Assembly (NCBI GenBank): GCA_026025795.1
Contig: JAPEUG010000131.1
Coordinates: 1-38,924 of the forward strand
Direction of reading: 5' to 3'
DNA: 38,924 nucleotides
Origin: Thelocarpon superellum
Lineage: Eukaryota
Position 1 is the stretch's first letter. Every line of letters starts with the position of its first letter. This document shows positions 34,855 to 38,924 of this stretch, in pieces. The notes under the pieces are model-generated. The model was not told where the DNA came from, ran no database searches, and worked only from the letters and a program-made list of their open reading frames with translations. Both the position numbers and the translations under genes were made by a program.

Positions 34855-36933
34855 CTAGCTGGTCGAGTCGGACAACGACGCCATCTTCAGCTTGAGTGAC
34901 GGGTCATACGTGGGCGCGGGAGTGTCATCGATCGTGTTGTTGTAGCAGTACGTCTCAAAACAGCCCGTGCAGGCCTCCGGCAGCTTCGTGCCTTGCTTCT
35001 GCGAGCTCCGCTTCAAGATGGCGCAGCCCACGCACATGGGCCAGTCGTACGAGATGTTCCCTTGCGTGACAACGTCGTACCCGTTCTGGATGATCTGGTC
35101 ACGCTGCGCGTCGGAGTAGCGCAGGTCAAACGTGCTCACGTTCGACATGTAGCTGTAGGGCGCGTTGGGCATCCACACCAGGAGCGGCACGGGGCTCTCC
35201 TCGTCGCAGCCAAATATCGTCGGCCGGTTGTTGAGCTCGAGATTCACGATGGTGTTGTTATCCGGAATCTTGGGGAACCAGATCTTCTCGCCCACGCCGT
35301 GCTCCTGCGACCGCAGATAGGTCTGATAAAGCGCGTCCCCCGTTGGCCATGAGTTGACGTCGCTCGAGCTGTCCGTCGACAGGATGACATCGACCGCGCG
35401 AGCTTCTTGGATGAGCGGGTGGTAAGGCACGTTCTCGCCGTCTTCGCCGCCGTCGCACAGCGTCAAGCGCTCCGTGCCGGCGGTGGGGTTCGTGCTCGAC
35501 TTGTACCCGAAGAAAGGGTTGGGGGTGTAGTCCGCGACATCTTGGAAGGTCAGGTTGAGCTCGGTCAGGTACTCAACCACCAACAGTCGGATCAGTGGAG
35601 GCAGGTACGGCCACGACACCGCCCTGGGGAGGATAGCGTTGAACAGGGCCGAGGACGTGCCAAAGACAAACCCAGCATTGTCAAAGTTGTTGTAGCACTC
35701 CGCGTCGCTTGGGAGCACGCCGCCACTAAAATTTGACCCCAGGTATTTGAGGGGCGCAAAGGCGGCCAGCGTCGGGTCGAAGGAGCCCATCTCCCACGGG
35801 TTGAACTCGAACACGGTCGAGTTGATCGACACGATGTACTCATCTGGCGCACGCCCATCCGCCACCACGAGCGGCATCGGCATCTCGCCACTCACGAAGC
35901 CCGGTTGGTCGGCAATAGAGGACCAAGTGAGCGATGGCCCGCCGTCAGGTGCATCGACGAATTGCCATGACAGGGCGCGAGCCCAGGTGTCTGTCACCGA
36001 GGTCTCGAAGCCCGCTTCCTTCTTGGCGTAGAAGGACTGGAAGATATCGACCCAGTAGCTGAAGGGGTCGGTCTTGGGCGGGCCTTGGAAGATGTCCTGC
36101 GACAATTCCCACACTTCCTTCTTCGTCTGCAGGCTGTTGATGTCGGTAAAGTTGTTCACGTAAATGGATCCCACGAGCCAGGACCCGCCCGACAGACCGG
36201 CCAGGTACGTCGAGGCCTGCAAGAGGCCGCCCAGGCTGCCCGGTCCCTCGACGGCGGTGCGGTTGTCGAACGCTTTGATGCCGCCCGCGCCGTTCAGCAT
36301 GGCGCGATAGCCACCACCCGACGCGGTGATGCCGATGTTGGGCAGGAGAGAGAAGTTGCCGCTGATGCGATCGAAGTCTGCCGCCACATCAGGATAAGTG
36401 GTGTCGTTGAAGACACGAGTGAGAAAGTCCCGCATGGGCTGCACGGTGTTGGGACGGCGGATCTTCAGCCATGCCTCCTCGTTGGGAGACAGACCAGACC
36501 CGTCGCGGATGGTTGGCCGGGTAGCCGGACAGTCAACGACGATGGGTTTATAGCGTTCATCGGCGAAATCCATGCTTTCAACGTTGTGGAGAACGGACGA
36601 GATGTTTCCCTTCCAAGCGTTCACATCGTTGGTCGTGACCGTGGCGACGCTCTGCGAGAGGTTGCGGATATAGTCCCGTTCCGCCTCCGTGGCGTTGGTC
36701 AACTTTGTCCACGCATTTGCGATGGAAGTCTTGACGTTGTTGCTGACGTCTTCGACCTTTTGCTCCGTCGCATTGAAGAAGGCGCCGATCTGGGCCTCTT
36801 GGTCCGAGATCCATGAAGCTGTGTCGCCCGTGAGTGTGGGCGGACTTTACAGGGAAACATGGTGCGACATACCTTGAGAAGACGCGACAACCAGAGCGGC
36901 CAACAGCAGCCGGCGCGGCGAAGACGGGGCCAT
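34855..36933 (-). CDS. Secreted lysophospholipase / phospholipase B (PLA2c domain)
   Basis: Exon 36933-36873 encodes a signal-like MAPSSPRRLLLAALVVASSQ, followed by intron 36872-36819 and exon 36818-34855. Catalytic motifs SGGGYRAML, GLSGGSW, VFEFNPWEMGS and DGGEDGENVP, plus C-terminal CVGCAIL..C..CF..YC. Confidence 0.93.
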
Positions 36934-37833
36934 GATGCAGCGCACAAGGGGTGGCAAGGGCAAGAGCAGAACGTCCGATAGAGATGTCCCATGTCGACGG
37001 GCGCCCAGAGGGCCAACTTATACCTTGATGGCATCGTCAGGGGGCACATGCCATGGACGGCCATGGTTGATGGGATGGGTAGGAAGATTGGATTGAGCAG
37101 CAAAGCGCATAGGCCGTGTGCGCGTCGGAGGAAACTAAGCTATAGCTCGAGTGGTGGAAAGGGCATAAGCGGAAGGATGACATTCTGAAGCGGAAGGCCA
37201 ATGGCGTCCGGAGGGGGGAGCAAGTGCATGGTGGGGCCAGTCCAAGGAGGGAGATGGACTTCTCTCCCACGTGGGTTGCTGCCGCCGAGACATGATCCGG
37301 ACGGCCAGCTGGTGAGGCAGCACTTTCGTCCGCGGACGGGTTGTGTTCCACACGATGGCGAAAGATGCCTCGGCTTGGCTGGCCAGATCTGGCTGGCTAA
37401 ACCCACCGACGAGGCGAGACGATGGCGCATCTGCAAAGACGAGCTAATGCTGATCCGGACGATAGAAAGCAAACCAAAAAGCATGTGCGTTGGTGCATGC
37501 CCTGGGCCGTGGCCGGGATGGACTGGGGTAGTGGCCTTCGCGATGTCGGTCGCTACCTCGCCTTGGTAGGTGCTGGGGTGCCAATGCACGGGCAGCGAGG
37601 GGCACCAGTCTGGGCGTCGGCTGCAGATTGATCGTTCATGCATGTCACCATGTCGCCATGTCTCCCCCGGTTGCCGTTCTAGCGTGCTTGAATGCCGAAG
37701 AGGCTGTGATCGCCACCACCTCCGCTTTGAAACATCCATCGCGCGCTGCGAAATGATTGGGCTAAGTCCAGACATCTCAAAATAGGTACCTCGAACCCCC
37801 GTCCGTCGCCATTGCCACCGCTACTGCTACTTT

Positions 37834-37869
37834 CATTGCCATTGCCATTGCCATCGCCATCGCCACCGC
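37834..37869 (+). repeat. Degenerate hexamer microsatellite (CATTGC)3(CATCGC)2CACCGC
   Basis: Directly visible about 50 nt upstream of the ATG at 37917. Confidence 0.8.
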
Positions 37870-37916
37870 CAGCGTTTCCGGTCGGACCACGGCCCCTGCA
37901 ACGAGTGTGGCGGGTG

Positions 37917-38694
37917 ATGGGTGCATCGAGCTCCAAAGCGACGCGGAGTGCCGGGACGGCAGGTGCACGACGGTACCCCTCTCGTGTACATTCGGAGGAA
38001 CACGAGCCGACGTCCAGCACTCGTCCACGCCGGAGTGCGAGTGCGGCACCTGACTCGGCGCCTGCTACAACGAGGGCGACAGAACAGCCGGGCTCCACCT
38101 TCCATACTCCACTGGAGGCAAGCGAAAATCGAAACGAAGGTATATATCCCATACTTTCTGCCATGATTGCCCTGGAACGGCCACGGCGGTTGGCTCATGC
38201 TTACAAGAAAACGTGCGATATAGCAATCAGCCCGGACGGTATGCCGAAGATTCCTGTTTTAATGCGTCATTTACGTTCCGCATATTGACCATCTGACAGC
38301 GAGGGACCCTCAATTTGCCGCATCCCTTCGCTCGTTGGGCGCGGTGCAGCCGTCACCGACCCGCTCGCACTCGTCGACCTTCCCCTTCGCGTCGGCACAT
38401 CCACATTCCTCAACGGCATCGGCAGACGCACAGGCAAATCCCGCCATCACCCTCCTGAATGCCCGCAGCCGTCTTGCAGGAGAAGCGGGGAAGGAATTTG
38501 AGCAGATGGCCCGGTCGAGGCAGGTGGGACGGCAGTTTCTCGACGTGACCATGATCCGCCAGATCTTGATGATGCGCGATGGGAAGGGGCTTGACGCAGC
38601 GGAGATAGAACAGCGATTAGGGCTGCGCACAGGGGTCGTGCACCGACTAGGCCGACCGGGTATGGTCAGAGATCCCACGCCGAAAGTGACCTAG
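37917..38694 (+). CDS. Conserved fungal protein with a C-terminal helix-turn-helix-like domain
   Basis: Exons 37917-38139, 38224-38238 and 38300-38694. The N-terminus MGASSSK is myristoylation-like. The spliced frame reads NEAISPDARDPQFAASLRSLGAVQP, and the C-terminus reads GRQFLDVTMIRQILMMRDGKGL.AAEIEQRLGLR.GVV.RLG. Confidence 0.8.
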
Positions 38695-38924
38695 TTGATG
38701 CCGGCTCCCTCCAAGTGTCGTGGGCGAGCATCAGAGTGCAATAACTATGTGACAATAAAGCGTACAGCTAGGTGGAGTCAGTAGACATCGTCAGTTGGCT
38801 AGGACGGGGAGGTGCGATAGGATTCTCAGACCCTATTCCCAACTCCATCGTAGTACTCAAGTTGAACGCTGGAGCTGTGCTGATTGCCTGCGAGGCTCGC
38901 TAGAATCGAGTTCAGTATAGATGA

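Noticed and set aside
38826..38924. Possible last exon of a minus-strand gene entering from the right (SLAGNQHSSSVQLEYYDGVGNRV*)
   Set aside because: Only about 24 codons after a putative acceptor; cannot be supported within the window.

Overview
Gene-dense, GC-rich eukaryotic DNA from a filamentous ascomycete (Pezizomycotina-type genes). I resolved 27 short mRNA introns of 49-107 nt by eye, with GT..CTRAC-like..AG signals. The window holds 17 protein-coding genes: an SRA/YDG protein, pterin carbinolamine dehydratase, ERG25, NCA2, SEC4, an AFG2-like AAA ATPase, an RNPS1-like factor, guanine deaminase, NTE1, a TSC10-like reductase, an RTA1-family protein, a secreted phospholipase B, an HTH-like protein and several hypotheticals. 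It also holds one decayed methyltransferase pseudogene and one tRNA gene. The most striking element is that tRNA (minus strand, 18509-18630). It has a complete tRNA-Thr body whose anticodon loop is interrupted between U33 and A34 by a 50-nt insert with full spliceosomal signals (GTAAGA ... TGCTAAC ... CAG). That is an apparent mRNA-type intron in a tRNA gene at a non-canonical position. All identifications are by motif recognition only; no database search was run, and exon boundaries are inferred.
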